A stretch of DNA of 64,000 nucleotides from Diadema setosum. Taxonomy: Eukaryota. Below the pieces are notes generated by a model. That model ran no database searches. It was given only the letters and a program-made list of their open reading frames with translations, and was not told where the DNA came from. The stretch is taken from NCBI RefSeq assembly GCF_964275005.1, contig NC_092698.1, positions 37,616,597 to 37,680,596 of the forward strand. The letters run 5' to 3'. A program made the position numbers and the translations under genes. This document shows positions 25,664 to 38,679 of this stretch, one piece after another (the first letter of the stretch is position 1; every line of letters starts with the position of its first letter).

Positions 25664-26237
25664 GTGAGTAATGAAGTCTAAGTGTGAGCTCTTTTTAGGA
25701 AGTCATTCATCTGCAGTTCTACATACCCATTTATGAGAAGATCTCTGCATTTTTGTAGCACATCATATGTTCCTGGATTGTCCCAAACAGCGTGATGTGT
25801 TGCATTCTTGCTGCTTTGCATCCTATCTTAAAAATGTTTTAGTGAGTTTGGCTATTTAGCAGACATGTTACAGTTGAGATGTTGTCATCTGTGAATCAAA
25901 AGGTGGTAAAAGCGTTATGATTCTATATTGCACTTGTACATAGTTTTTCTCGATATGAAGTATCAAACATATAATAAAATCAGATAGAGTTCACTTTGAG
26001 TGATCTTTGTTTTCCAGAACATTGTCATACTCGGTGTACATGAGATTGACACGTGTACATAGTGTCTAGAGGTTCCTTTAAAATTTGTGGGAATATTATG
26101 CAGAGGTCTGATATGTCAATCAAAATGTATTGGGATTTAATGAAAGCCAACTCCAGTAGTCTGCATGAAAGATGTGGGTTCTTGTTTGCTATTGTTTGAA
26201 GTTAACCAATTCATAGCTGTGACTGATTAGGTCTTAA

Positions 26238-26321
26238 CCCATTGAGGACAGGCTGATTTTGCGACAACACGTAGATACATAGACACCTGCCCAAGTATAC
26301 TCGGGACTAGTTTTCAATGGG
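26238..26321. mobile_element. piggyBac-like mini-MITE (84 bp) with TTAA target-site duplications, in TEP1 intron 4, 57 bp upstream of exon 5.
   Basis: TTAA|CCCATTGAGGA...TTTTCAATGGG|TTAA. The TIR starts with CCC, as in the piggyBac superfamily. Same family as 47094 and 48656. Confidence 0.65.
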
Positions 26322-26377
26322 TTAAGGCGATGTGTGTTAAGGATTTGCTCCTAAGTCTTTTAATTTCCTCACTGCAG

Positions 26378-26633
26378 CAAAGTACAACAAGGAGAAGAAG
26401 AAGAAGAAGAAGGAAACAAAACCTGACTCCACCAAAAAGGATGGACAGGAGCCATCGGAGGAGGAAAAGAAGAAGAAGAAAAAGAGTGAGAGTCAGGACA
26501 GTGATGATGAAGGGAACGACAGTGACACGGATGAGGAGGAGGTGGAGAGGCTGAGCTTCACTTTAAAGCAACTCATCAGGAAGCTTCACATCACTGAACC
26601 AGTAGACAGTGTCATGTGCCTGCTAGGGAAAAG
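26378..26633 (+). CDS. TEP1: TEP1 exon 5 (Lys/Glu/Asp-rich linker, then RLSFTLKQLIRKLHITEPVDSVMCLLGKR).
   Basis: Acceptor cactgcAG at 26376-77, anchored by ORF 26330, which is in a different frame. Donor AAAAG|GTAAGG at 26634. Phase 1 to 2. The conserved motif FTLKxLxxxLHI matches human TEP1. Confidence 0.75.
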
Positions 26634-27447
26634 GTAAGGCATGTTTAGAGCTCTTTCTCTATATTTCTCATTTTCTTTTACTACTTTTCTGGTATGTTTG
26701 TCATATGAATCTACAACTGTTGCAACATTTTTAATTTTTATGTAATTCATCCATAAACAGTGTGGATGTTAACTCTGTTTTGTATTTTGGTACACATGCC
26801 ATACATTGTAGGATGTTGTATTACCCTCCCAAAATAAGAATGTACCCCTGATGTAAACTTTGGTGCCAGTTAACTATAGAAAATTTGAGAACAAGACAGT
26901 CGTACCGTATATGTGGGGGGGGGGGGGTAGCAAAATGAAACAAATGCTGCTTGCTTTTTAAGACATTCATCTAACATAAAAGTAATTTAGGTAAAAATTA
27001 CTTTTAATGGTCGAATGCAGCGAGGTTATCACCATCAGTGTAAATTTATAGTCCTATAGTGAGATAGTGACCATAAAAGGAATTTTTATCACTGATTCAT
27101 ATATCTGTAATCGTTGTGGCATAGGATGAACTCTCCTGGTATAGTGGAATATGAATCTGTACAGCAAGAAACTTGATTAGCAGAAACAACAATCTAATGC
27201 TTGTAAGTGAGTGCTTTTCAATGTCTTATGGTCCAATTCATGTTCTGTTGACAGAAATAAAGATTGTAATGTGAGTGTGCATTCAGCTTCCAAATCTCCT
27301 ATGTTGTTTGTATTGCACTGACTTAACTTATCTAACATATGCTGCTGTTTTGTTCCAATTTTACAACACATTCTTGGTTTTATCTTGTATTAAATCTTAA
27401 TCATGAGAATGCGTAGACTACACTGCTGTCATTTTTGTATCATCCAG

Positions 27448-27605
27448 GTATCCTGAGAATTTGGAGACGTTCTACCAAAGTCATCTTCCGGGCACTTGGG
27501 ACGCTAACCGGGCAGGCAAGAGGATGAAGCTACCTACCCCAGAGACATGGGAGACCCAGGTCTCACTGAAGGGTAACAAGGCCCCAGTATGGGAGCAGCT
27601 CATCG
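27448..27605 (+). CDS. TEP1: TEP1 exon 6.
   Basis: Acceptor tcatccAG at 27446-47; encodes (R)YPENLETFYQSHLPGTWDANRAGKRMKLPTPETWETQVSLKGNKAPVWEQLI; donor G|GTAAGA at 27606. Anchored to ORF 27461..27718. Confidence 0.85.
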
Positions 27606-28563
27606 GTAAGAAAGCTCAGCAGAGCCTCAGTCCAAAATGTCTTAATCGTGGGAAAATAGTCAAAGGCACAAAGCCACATCAGTCTCAGGATCAAGTCATA
27701 AGATATATCCCCTATTAGTTGTAATACTAGTCAAAAGTCGTGACTGACTCTAGCAACATTGAACAAGGTCTAATGTGCAAGGAATATTTCTTGTACTATT
27801 TGATCTGAATTGGATCAATTTAGGATTGTTCCTTGTCAACTTATTTGTAAATTCTAACTCAGTTTGAGCTCATTAAGAATGGTATTTGTTTTGTAAGTTA
27901 TAAACTGATGTACTCCACTGCGCATGCACTGTTTATCATGATATGGAGACACAAGTGCAAAAAAGACTCTTGTTTAAAAGAGTAACCTCTGCTCGTACTG
28001 GTCCTAGGAATTTGGGAATGAGTCATACCGCAAAGCACATTTGTATTTAGAAAAGGGTTGTACCATAAAGCACATCTCCCAAGTTAGAGTTAATCATTGA
28101 CACAAGGTTTTCCCCTCTTGAAGCGGCAGCATACACTCAATTCAAGATAATTGCTGCCATACTGTCTGAAGCATGGCATGGAGTGTGTTGATCATGATCA
28201 AATGACGACAGTATAATATAGCAAATGAGTAAAAGGTCTAGGGCTGCACACTGCCTTCGGTTACATCAAAATACCAGAATTTGTGACTGCTGTAAACATT
28301 GATATTTTCACACGATTAATTAAAAACATATTTGCAGGTTTTTAAGTCGCCCTGCGCAATTGTCAATCCATTCAAAATGTGCAGAGAAAATTATGAAGAT
28401 ATATTCACTGGTTTTAGAAATATGAGAAAATTATTGTACCATGAAAATGTCTGCGTTTACAGTATTGGGATTTGTGGTAAAATTCCATTTAGACAGTGTT
28501 CATTATTTCCCCTCTCTTTTTCCTCTCGTTGTAATCAAAGATTTTTGTTGTTTCACTTCCTAG

Positions 28564-28764
28564 ACAACAAGAAGCTCCCCTTCATGGCTATGCTGCGCAA
28601 CCTGCGCAACATGATTGCAGCAGGGATCAGCGAAAAGCACCACAAGTGGGTGATCTACAAGCTGACTGACCGCGGCTCTGTTGTCAACAGCAGGCAGTTC
28701 CCCTTCCGATTCTTTTCAGCCTACGATGTGCTCACAGACATGGAGAAGGATATCGTCAAGGCTG
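28564..28764 (+). CDS. TEP1: TEP1 exon 7.
   Basis: Acceptor cacttcctAG at 28562-63; encodes DNKKLPFMAMLRNLRNMIAAGISEKHHKWVIYKLTDRGSVVNSRQFPFRFFSAYDVLTDMEKDIVKA; donor G|GTAAGT at 28765. Anchored to ORF 28332..28820. Confidence 0.85.
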
Positions 28765-29189
28765 GTAAGTGGCACTCACAATTTTACATCGTAACTACTG
28801 TATTGTCAGTACAGGACTAGAGCCTTTAAAGACCTAGTAGCATGAGGAAACATGGGTGGTCCAATGTTGCAACAGCCTCCATTCGCTGCCCACCAGGGTA
28901 CATTTGAAACCATGAATAGCGCCCCCATCAGCCATGTGTCAGCGAATATGTGCATTGAAGTGCACACTAATCGGTAATGGTTGACTCCAGTCAAGATTCT
29001 TTGGCTGTGTGTGTACTGTACATAGAGATCATCACATCAGTGATAAATCTGTACACAATTCATTGTGAGGATTCTTCAATATACCGCAACCAAGCCCTCC
29101 TTCCCACTCCATGAATCCCCATGCTACAGGGTCTTTTATAGAGATATTGGGCATATCTCATGGCTTTAAATTGTCAGGAGGCTGAAGTT

Positions 29190-29440
29190 TGATAGGTAGG
29201 ATGAGTTTCGTGTCTTTTTAATTCCACATAATCAAGACGTTAACTGCTGGAACATATGGCAAGCAAAAAAAAAAAACTTGTGTACTCTAATTTTTGCGCT
29301 AGCTTCTGGTTTGCACGAATTACCCAGAAATGTCAACACCGTGAAATTTTCCACTTTTACAGTATTCTCGACTGTCAGCTCCCAAACGTTGGACTTTTTT
29401 TGCCACTGTTTACTGTTGAGTGGTACCTTTAAGGTTACTG
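29190..29440. repeat. Partial copy of the ~270-bp parent element of the TTAA mini-MITE family.
   Basis: Shares ...gatgagtttcg...ttaattcc...aatcaagac...ctggaacatatggcaagcaaaa...gcgctagcttctggtttg...ccgtgaaattttccacttttacagta with 49340-49570 and with the reverse complement of 50976-51247. Boundaries approximate. Confidence 0.5.
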
Positions 29441-30071
29441 TTTGAATTATCTGTGTCATTGCAGCCCATGGTGAGATAAAAAGGAAATCAGAGATTACTG
29501 CAGAATAGTGAGATTTCATTTGAAAGGCTTTGTTACAGTTTGTACCCTTCTTTTGTTTTACTACAGGAATGACTTCACATGTGATTAGCTGAGTAATGAT
29601 ATACTTAGGATTATTACAGCACATATGTAGCCAGCATCTACAGTGTATGTCCATGATACACTGTTTGACACATCATTTGTGAACTTCTAAAGTATCTCCA
29701 TTGCATACAGTTTTCTCCATGTATATGGCTAGGTTTTTATTTTTGCAAATTCCGCAAGTCGGGTGCTCTCTGCAAATTTATCAATGCACAAAATTATCAA
29801 TTCTGATCTTGACAAGAATGCAAAATACATAGGCTTACACTTCCCTGTTCACATCTGTACTCCATGATTGTGAATGTGACCGCTCACGAAATTTTCAGGA
29901 AGTCGAGATTAGCAAAAAAATGGGGCTCGCTATAAAATGTATGGCGTATACAGTATTTCAAGTACTAATGATTCTTAAAGCTTCTTTTTTTCATTGTCAT
30001 ACAACAAATGTCTGCCCCCTTGAATGAGTATGATGCAATCTGTTTTTTGGTTATGTAAAAATGTGTAATGC

Positions 30072-30448
30072 TTAAAGGTATAATTTACCATTTGCAGATA
30101 CAGTGTAAAACAAAAACCCGGCATGACATTAGTGCTTCAAAATAGTTCTGAAATGTGAGTTAGGGATAGAAACAACCAATGTAAAAATTTGAACAAGTAT
30201 ATTCAATGTTAAGTACTGTTACATATACAAAATGTCAACAACAGTTATAATGAAAATGTTTCTAGACTAAACTGTCTGCAGTTAGGGTTTTATGAGAAAA
30301 ATAGTGATATATCCTTATATTTTAGGCTTTATTGCAAAGATTTCATGTGGTAGGATGTTTTGTGATACAACTGACCTACACATATGCATCAAATGTGATA
30401 TCTTGAACATTCTTTTTTAATCACTGCTCCCAAAGGTAAACAGGATCT
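30072..30448. repeat. ~380-bp interspersed repeat family, full copy 1 (TEP1 intron 7).
   Basis: Begins TTAAAGGTATAATTTACCATTTGCAGAT and ends GCTCCCAAAGGTAAACAGGATCT. This copy is flanked by TTAA on both sides. Roughly 90% identical to 62186..62549 and 63209..63577. Confidence 0.7.
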
Positions 30449-30572
30449 TAAAAAAAGCCTTATATATTTGTAATAGAGCTGAGTAAAGAGAGACACTTCT
30501 GAGAAGCTTGGTCAGAGTGAGTCAATACACTAATAATGATGCATGGTTTGTGATGTCTGTCTTCCCATTCAG

Positions 30573-30684
30573 AGAGACTGAAGGAGGAGAATGAGAGTGG
30601 TGTGAGGCAGCCGAGGGGCAAGCGAGCCAGGAAGGAGGATGCCATGCCAAAGTGGAAGAAGAAGAAGCTGGAAAAGAAGCTGAG
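30573..30684 (+). CDS. TEP1: TEP1 exon 8 (basic, Lys-rich).
   Basis: Acceptor cccattcAG at 30571-72; encodes ERLKEENESGVRQPRGKRARKEDAMPKWKKKKKLEKKL; donor AG|GTTAGT at 30685. Phase 1 to 2. Position cross-checked against minus ORF 30460..30645. Confidence 0.7.
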
Positions 30685-31211
30685 GTTAGTACATGTAGCT
30701 ACTTTTACTCACAGAATTTGTTTTTATCATGTCGTTTCCTGAGATACATTCTCTGATATTTTTTGGCCATTTTGTGACCTTAGTTGATTACATTGCAATT
30801 CAAACTTTTGCACTATTTAATACAATTTATTTTTTAGAAAAATCCATAGTGCTCTGACAAATTGCATCCAGTTTCTTATATGATTGAATGTGTTCTCTTC
30901 TCTGAAGCTATTATAGGATCAATATGATGTATCACAGATTGTAATTTTCCAAACAGGATAAGTGTCTTCATGGCCAGTAGTAGAGCAGGCAAGTAGATAT
31001 GTTGCATTAGGAATCTGTTAGCCTTTCATAGTTTGTGTGTCCAGATATTCATTTGTTGTTTCATTTTATTTGAAGGGTTTAGGATTACGTAGAGGAGAAG
31101 ACGTAGTAACATTTCTTGTTGAAGGCCACTTTCATGTTCATATAATGTGTGGATGCATTTGGCATGTACATGTGTGTTTTGAACCTTTTAACTGTCTTTT
31201 CCCCTCATCAG

Positions 31212-31392
31212 CTCACTGCCCTATGACATGGCGATGTTGAGCCGCTACCGCAAGGCCCTCGACACAGCAGTGAAGATTGCTACCAGCTACAACGTCAAAC
31301 CCATCCCAGGGAAAACCGTGATTCTGTGTAATGTTGGCGGCTCCATGGAGAAGCCTTGTACCTCGGCCAGAGGACTGGGCAAGAAGCGTACG
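31212..31392 (+). CDS. TEP1: TEP1 exon 9.
   Basis: Acceptor cctcatcAG at 31210-11; encodes SLPYDMAMLSRYRKALDTAVKIATSYNVKPIPGKTVILCNVGGSMEKPCTSARGLGKKRT; donor ACG|GTGAGA at 31393. Anchored to ORF 31228..31431. Confidence 0.85.
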
Positions 31393-32049
31393 GTGAGATC
31401 AGCTGTTCCCACTCCTTCTCTGTCGCATTGAATTGTCTGCCAGAAAATATAGTATACAAATAATGAATGTTTATGAGTGCAATGGACAGAACATTTCATG
31501 AGGTGAAAGATGAAATGATCCATTCAATGAGGCGCAGCCGAGTTGAATGGATCAAACATCTCATCTTTCACCAGATGAAATATTCTGTCCGTTGCACGAA
31601 TGAAAAACATTTATTATTTGTTTTATATAACGCCCAAAATAGATCTTTGTCATTTGATGTTTTATTATTAATTTAGAAACAAGAGAGAATCTGAGATCGT
31701 GAGATAGTGCCTACTCAGTGCTTTCACACTAGCGCGCTGTCGCATACACACACTGCATATGCAAGCGTTTTACACGCTTAGTGTGCCAGGCTCTCAGCGA
31801 GCTTGCAATGGAGCAAATCGTATGGATCCAAAATTGCATGGTAAATGGAACCACAATTGCACCGATGATGACATCATAGTGAAATGGGCCGAATGAGCAA
31901 TGTCAAACAACCAATCAAATGACAATGATCTCTTCAGGCGTTATATAATGACATACATGTGTATATTATGTCATGTTTACAGACTCTCTTCCTCGTAAGA
32001 AATCCTTACTGGAAGGTAAAACATTTTCACAGTTCACATTTTGTTTTAA

Positions 32050-32784
32050 CCCTATTCTAACTGGGGGGGGGGGGTCAATTTGACCCACCCTCGACGTTTT
32101 GCGCCACAATTCCGCAGCGCGCAAAGATTTTGGCGCGTCATTTCATGACTTCTTTTATTGAAGTCTCCCGCATATTTTGAGACCAAATTTGCGATGTCCA
32201 GGTACACCATTCTGAAGTTATGCAATGTTTTGCATATGCATGTCAACCCGAAAATCGCTCGAATTCATGATTTCGTGTGCAAATCCAATGGAAACTTTTT
32301 TTTTTTTTTTGTTTAATTGATATAAATTAGATTATTTCAACTTTTAACCATTGAAATAAATCAATTCTAATGTAGATAAGCTTAAAAAGTGCCTCCAACA
32401 AATTTTGGCACAAAAACAAAAGAAAACAAAAGATTGAAAAAACAATAAAATACATAAGAAATTAACAAAACAATAAAAAACAAAAGAAAATGATTTTGAT
32501 TGCGCTATTTTTTTTACAAGAAAATTGTTTGATGTGTCTTGAGGAACTCTGACACAAAAATTTAATAATCCTTCAGTCTTTTGATGGAGTTATAGGTGAA
32601 AATATGATTTCATGCATTGATTTGCATAATTGATTTATTAAAAAATATGAAATCAACATTTTTCTATTGTATGACCATGTAATCTTTTAGTTGACATCCG
32701 GCTCTATGTTCAGGCAAATTTTTGCGGCGATCGTGCGATCGGCGGCCGAGATCTGAAGGGGGGGGGGGGGGGAGGGTCAATTTG

Positions 32785-32817
<33 letters not shown>

Positions 32818-32856
32818 AGTAAAAACTTGGTCTCAAATAGCCCAGTTAGAATAGGG
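32050..32856. mobile_element. piggyBac-like non-autonomous element (807 bp) with TTAA TSDs, in TEP1 intron 9.
   Basis: TTAA(32046-49)|CCCTATTCTAACTGGG...CCCAGTTAGAATAGGG|TTAA(32857-60), a 16-bp perfect TIR beginning CCCTA. Contains G16 and C31 homopolymers flanking the palindrome GGGTCAATTTGACCC, each copied twice. No transposase ORF. Confidence 0.75.
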
Positions 32857-33893
32857 TTAAGATGAAATCGTATGCATATCGAAATTATTTTACACTTGAT
32901 CTCAAAATTACTCCAAAACAAATCATTTTCCTGGCAAATTGTGCCAGCCAGACAAGTTTCTTCATAGACCCTTTTCATGTATTGCAAGCAAACTTCAGAT
33001 GTTGGAAGATAAAGTTTAAGCCCTTGTGAGAAGTCAGTGTGTTTTGGCTTTTATGTTTTGGCTTTTATGTTGTGTTTGTATGGTGTGGAATTGTTATAAG
33101 TTGAACATTTTTCTGTATTGTTCCAATGTTCTACTGTGTATGTGTTTGTTCTAGTATTACTTGTATGTTTTTTATCAGGATGTGGAAATACATGAAATGA
33201 AATGAAATGAAATGAAATGGCTCTAATGGCATGTATCCAGATTAGCTTCTGTTAAACAGGAAATAAAAGGAGGAGGTTCACAGGCTGTGTGGCATTTGCA
33301 GGAACTCCTCACAGATTAGTTTATGGTGAATAGCTTGTGGAAGGAAATCATTTTGCACTGTTCATCAATGTGTATACGTGTTGCATCAAGAAATCTCTGA
33401 ATCCTTCAAAATTGTCAGACATGAAACATGTTCAACATGTCATTGATCATAGAGGATGCAATAATTTGGGGTAGAAGTGCATATTGCCCAACTAAAAAAA
33501 TCAATGTGAATAAGCATATGTGAGTAAAGGCAGAAATGTTAAACATTATGTGTGCAAATGAGTGAAGAGGGTTTTATATACTCAAATGATATATCGTATA
33601 GAGCATACATACCAATTTCCACACTTTTGCTGTAAGTGGAACTGGTACCATAAAGTTATCTTGGAGTCTTGTTCACATTTTACATGCATAGGCTTGCTGG
33701 TGTGCACTATTTTTAAGAGTAAAAATATCCCACAGAAGTGGTTTCTCTCAAAATGCAATTGTGCTTCTGGAAGTTACCCGCATTTCTTTTGACAACATTC
33801 ATGTGACACAAACTGTCATGCTGTGACGTTTGCGTTCTGCCCAGCTGTGCTCTAAAAGGCAATAGATTAAAGTTATCACCTTGTGGTTTCCAG

Positions 33894-34046
33894 ACGATGG
33901 AGGTGGGAATTCTGCTGGGTCTGATGTGCAAGTATTCCTGTGAGGACTGCTCCATGATCATCTATGCAGGAACCAGTTACCTTGAGGTCGAGCTGGAGTC
34001 TGGAACCATCCTAGATAACATGGCCAGCGTGCTGGGACAAGCTAGG
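33894..34046 (+). CDS. TEP1: TEP1 exon 10.
   Basis: Acceptor gtggtttccAG at 33892-93; encodes TMEVGILLGLMCKYSCEDCSMIIYAGTSYLEVELESGTILDNMASVLGQAR; donor AGG|GTGAGT at 34047. Anchored to ORF 33897..34094. Confidence 0.85.
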
Positions 34047-35033
34047 GTGAGTGGGACATCTTCCCTCACTGCCACCTTCTTCTTCCAGACTTAGAGAGAA
34101 TAGATCAAACTCTATGAGCCTATTGGTCTCTGTTTCTCAGGGTCATTTGTATTTGACTCATAGACAAAAGCATAAATAGAATATGTCTGTTTTCCAGTTT
34201 GTGAATACCTTTGTGACTTGTGCTGGCGATGATATATTGATATGTACATTTGAAGAGTTTATTTGCAAAAGGGGCTAGATCCACTTTTAGTACTTTAGAG
34301 AAAAATAGGTTTATTTGTGAGAATTTGTACACAAGTGTATGGAAAATCTAAATCTAATTTTGCAATAATTTCTATTCAAATGGTCGTCTGCAGTTGAAAT
34401 TTTCACTGTAGCTAACTCAACTGGAATTCTGTGCAGTGATGCTAATAACTCAATTTTCGTCAAAAATGGATCTAACCCCTTTGGCAAATGAGCTCTTCAT
34501 TTGTAGTTGTTTGTTTGGATGTGCATTCATTCTCTGACTTATTGGTGTGTAGGGTGTATGAATATTTGTTTATGAACTGTGGTTTATAAGTATTTCTTGA
34601 GAAAAAAACCTGAACTCCATGGTAGAGCATCAGTTTAGGAAGACACAGTAGTTTAGGGAATAGCCTTAATAAATCAACTTTGTTTACTACTTACTTCTAA
34701 CTTCCAAGCCACTGCTGATTACAAGTCTCATAGCTCTTAACAGAGCTGAATGTATGCCTGTCCAAATTAAAAACAAGTGCATGAATCAGAAATATGTGAC
34801 TAAACCTACTTCATGTGGTGGCTCAAGATGTGTGGCATTACAGTTCCCAAAATAGCAACTCAAGTATTAACACCCCCCTCATTGACATTGGAGTCAGATC
34901 TACTGCCATTTTGTACATGAACTTAGTTCTGTTCTTTTTTGTTTTTCTGTAATATTTTGTGAGGAAATCATTGGTGGCAAACTGTTTTGTGTGATGATGT
35001 GAAAGGGACTGTACATTACTGGTTGAGGGGAGG

Positions 35034-35385
35034 ATTCAGGTTCATAACATTCCTATTAAAGTGAGATAATGAGAAACCTCTTTGAAACAGGAAAGAGCAT
35101 GTAATTTTAAGAAGGATTTAACATTTATTTGATGAAAATTGGTTTTCAAATGGCCGAGATATCCAAAAAAAAAAAGTGATAATGATAAAAGGCGACAGGC
35201 CACAACTTTTATTAGGATCTCTTTGTTTCACCTTGTTCTTGGATATCTCACTCATTTCAAAACCGATTTTCATCAAATAAACTTTTGATTCCCCTTAGAA
35301 TTGTATGCTCTTTGACACCTCATAGAGTGGTTTCTGAATATCTCGCTAAACATTAAAAGCTAAATCCTCACCTCAACCAGAACTG
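35034..35385. mobile_element. Tc1-like foldback MITE, family B copy 2 (inverted relative to 12337..12696), in TEP1 intron 10.
   Basis: CATTACTGGTTGAGG...CCTCAACCAGAACTG flanked by TA (35032-33, 35386-87). Internal hairpin gatgaaaattggttttcaaatggccgagatatcc // ggatatctcactcatttcaaaaccgattttcatc. Confidence 0.7.
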
Positions 35386-35792
35386 TACAGTCCAGCAAGT
35401 GCAAACTGAACATCAAAATATTCTATTGGTTAGGACAAATCATTATGTCTTTGATTTATTGCATACAGATATTGTTAGTCAAATCAATCTTAGCCTGCAG
35501 TATTTTGACTATAATATTATAATCAAAATACTGCAGACTAAGATTGATTTGACTGTCTGCATATGCAGACAGTGATCGACTAATGGTGCAGAACATCAAG
35601 CACAATCAAGAATTTTAAAGTGAAGATATCTTTTGTCACCCATACAGGAATTTTTATGTAATTTTAGAGACATTGATTCCTTTACTTCAGCTTCATCTGA
35701 TTTTATTATTGTCAGCATATTTGACAGTGTTTGTCCTTTCTTAGTTACGTTCGCACTCCAAACTTGTTTTGCCTTCTGTCTCTTGTGTACAG

Positions 35793-35870
35793 GTGATGAC
35801 GTACAACGAGTCATCTGGTGAGGGGCTGAACCCAACCATCCTTGGGGAGATTTTGAGAGACAGGGTGGAG
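35793..35870 (+). CDS. TEP1: TEP1 exon 11.
   Basis: Acceptor tcttgtgtacAG at 35791-92; encodes VMTYNESSGEGLNPTILGEILRDRVE; donor GAG|GTAAGA at 35871. Position anchored by the stop of ORF 35633..35821. Confidence 0.75.
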
Positions 35871-36393
35871 GTAAGATATGCAAAGAGATTATTATTTTTT
35901 TTTTTTACCAGAGGAAGGCTGCCTACAATTGATAGGAATTGGTAAAAAATTGATTTAGATAGTGTAGACATCTCTAAATTGACAGTAGATATGTATAATG
36001 GATCATTTCTAAGAGCAGTCTGATAAGTGGTTGTGGAAACAGAGTAAACCAAACCTTGTGATTAGAGTCAGTGACCTAGTAGAAAATACGGACTAGTCAG
36101 ACTGACCATTAGGAGGATTTGGGTGAAAGGAAGGAGATTTTAGCAGAGTTTTATCTCTTGTTATGATAGTGAAATCTTGTGCAGTTTGATTTATAGTAAA
36201 GGATATTTGTTTGTTAGATTTCTGATTTTATTGTTGGTAATTATTGAACATTTAAAGATTAGGCTAGATAATCTGCTTGATATACATGGAGTGATCAAGT
36301 GTCCTGTGAGATTTGAGCAGTTAGTGAAAACATGTTTTTACTGTGGGCTAACTGTGATTTCAGAATAACAGGAAAAAGTGTACAATGTTAACC

Positions 36394-37094
36394 ACAAAAT
36401 GTGACCCTGCACCTCAAAACAAACAAAAAGTCGCCAGACATGAATTTTTAGTTAAGACCATATTCTGAAAGAGCAGACTGTAAGCTTTAAAATGATGTAT
36501 AATTCAAATCAAATGGACTCTCCTAACCTATCTAAATATTGGAAAGAAAGCACAAACTCGGGAAAAGTGTGAACTGAGAAAAGAGGCTCTAAAGTACAGT
36601 GTCTATTCAAGCGCTTAATCTTTACCAAACCATGCTGGCTGTGCGATGAATGGGACAAAAAACAGGAAGTAAACCAACAGAGTAACAACAATGAAGGGAT
36701 TATTAGATTAAACTGATATTAAGCATGCCTCATTAACACAATCTGTCCATGATTAATGCCAACTTTCAAAGCAGTAGCACTCTCCTTTCAAAAGTTTTTA
36801 GAGTTGAAAGTGAAGAGTGTGGCAAGGTTTTTCAGAAATGAAAAAGGGATTCTAAAGACACACCTAATCACACCATTCTACCAAAAATGTTCGAGTTAAA
36901 CTGCTAAAAAAAAAACACTTTCCTGCCCGTTTTATGATACCAAATTTTAGCATAATGTAAAAGAAGACCTGCTCTTTCAGAAAATATAAAAAAGTCATGT
37001 TCGGCTAGGTTGACCCATTTCACTTATTTCAGTCCTCACACAAAATCAGTGTGTGTGACTTTATGTTCGTTTTGAGGTGCATGGTCACAAATGT
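36394..37094. mobile_element. ~700-bp TIR element copy 1 (TEP1 intron 11).
   Basis: ~40-bp TIR ACAAAATGTGACCCTGCACCTCAAAACAAACAAAAAGTCGCC matches the reverse complement of ...GTGACTTTATGTTCGTTTTGAGGTGCATGGTCACAAATGT. About 90% identical to the reverse complement of 60444..61145. Confidence 0.65.
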
Positions 37095-37186
37095 ATTGTT
37101 GTTTGATGAAGAATTAAGAGTCCTATAGTACATGAAACTTTATCATAAAAATGAAATATGTTGTGATTTCGCCTCTACCGACCCAG

Positions 37187-37332
37187 CTGGACAATCTGAT
37201 GATTTTGAGCAATGGCAGCAACCAGTCTGGTGATGAGGCCAAGATGATCTCAAACTTCCTGACCAAGTACCGCCACATCGTCAACAGCAACCTGCTCTAT
37301 GTCAACGTCAACCTGGGTGGGGGACGATGCTG
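37187..37332 (+). CDS. TEP1: TEP1 exon 12.
   Basis: Acceptor ccgacccAG at 37185-86; encodes LDNLMILSNGSNQSGDEAKMISNFLTKYRHIVNSNLLYVNVNLGGGRC; donor CTG|GTATGT at 37333. Ends in phase 2. Anchored to ORF 37151..37432. Confidence 0.85.
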
Positions 37333-38009
37333 GTATGTCAACCTTCAATTAACACTGGAAAATTATTTGAATCTTTTTACCTTGTTCCTACCAATAGCAT
37401 GTGTACTTCATGCAATACCAGTAGCATTTTGAGATTTTGGTTCTGAGAGGAGTGACAGGACTAATTTTTGCTGGGAATCTACAGTTTGCTTCCTCCAGTT
37501 TATAAGGATTATGTCTGTCTAACCAGCAGGTTGATTGTCGAGCATTGATTTGGGAATTCTCTTGCCTTTTGATGTAGATAGATTTCATATGCTGCGAAAG
37601 GCAAATTTTCTGCCTCGTTGTGGTCATACGTTCATATTGCTAACCACAAGGTTAAGAAGTCACTAGTGTGAAGTATTGATATCATCTCATGACATTCATT
37701 CCGATACAAAGGTTAAATGTAAGATATCTTTTCAGTGGTCTTTGTACTTGCTTCAGAGATTTCGCTGATGCATCCAGTGGTCAAGCAGTCATACATCCCA
37801 ACACTTTTTTCTGCTGTCCATTAAAGAGAAATTTTATTGCATTGAATTGAAGAACGAATCTCTCCTGTGATTGACAAAAGAAGAGTCTTTAAGATAGGTT
37901 TGCAGTCACTACTAGTGATTTCTATCTCATCGTACAAGTCAAATTGTTGAGTTTGCATGAATATGTCCAGTATGGATACTTACCATCTGTACTTTCTTCT
38001 CCCAAACAG

Positions 38010-38163
38010 TATGGCTACTTCCGATGAACCAACACATCCCAACGACATTTTCATCGCAGGGTACAGTGACCAGATCCTGCGATTCATCGCTGAGCGAGGT
38101 GACACGGGCCAAGTCACACACGTGGAGAACATTGACAAAGCCTATGGCTTGGATAACATCAAG
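38010..38163 (+). CDS. TEP1: TEP1 exon 13.
   Basis: Acceptor ttctcccaaacAG at 38008-09; encodes (C)MATSDEPTHPNDIFIAGYSDQILRFIAERGDTGQVTHVENIDKAYGLDNIK; donor AAG|GTATAC at 38164. Anchored to ORF 37957..38175. Confidence 0.85.
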
Positions 38164-38679
38164 GTATACCACTGACACACAGGTTTTATCCATCTAACTT
38201 AATAGAGACAGTTATGAGTCAATTTGATCCCAAGTTATGTGTGCCGAGGTACTTCTTTATCTCAAGAACAGCAGGACAAACATTGAAGGCACATCTAAAA
38301 TACAAATGAGACAAATACCAGGGACTAGTATGTCATGCTAAAAAAAAATGGAATTTTGCTGTCTCCTGTTTAGAAGTACACTTTCATTACTCCATTTAGA
38401 CTTGTCCTTCAAAAGTGGCCAGGCACACAGATGTGAATATCCGTCTGAACAATTGCCATGACAGTAAGTTTAGCATCAGCACGCTCTGATTTGAAATACT
38501 ATCCCACTCATTGAAGCTGTCCTAATAGACAAAGGGCCAGGTACTCAGTGATATCCCCTTGATTTAATGAGATTGCATTGATACAGTGTGCTCAGTATGC
38601 CTCTCTCTATTTTTCCAGTGATAAGCCCGAAATATGACTGGATTGCACTGATACATTGTGCTCTATTTTTCTCTCTCAG

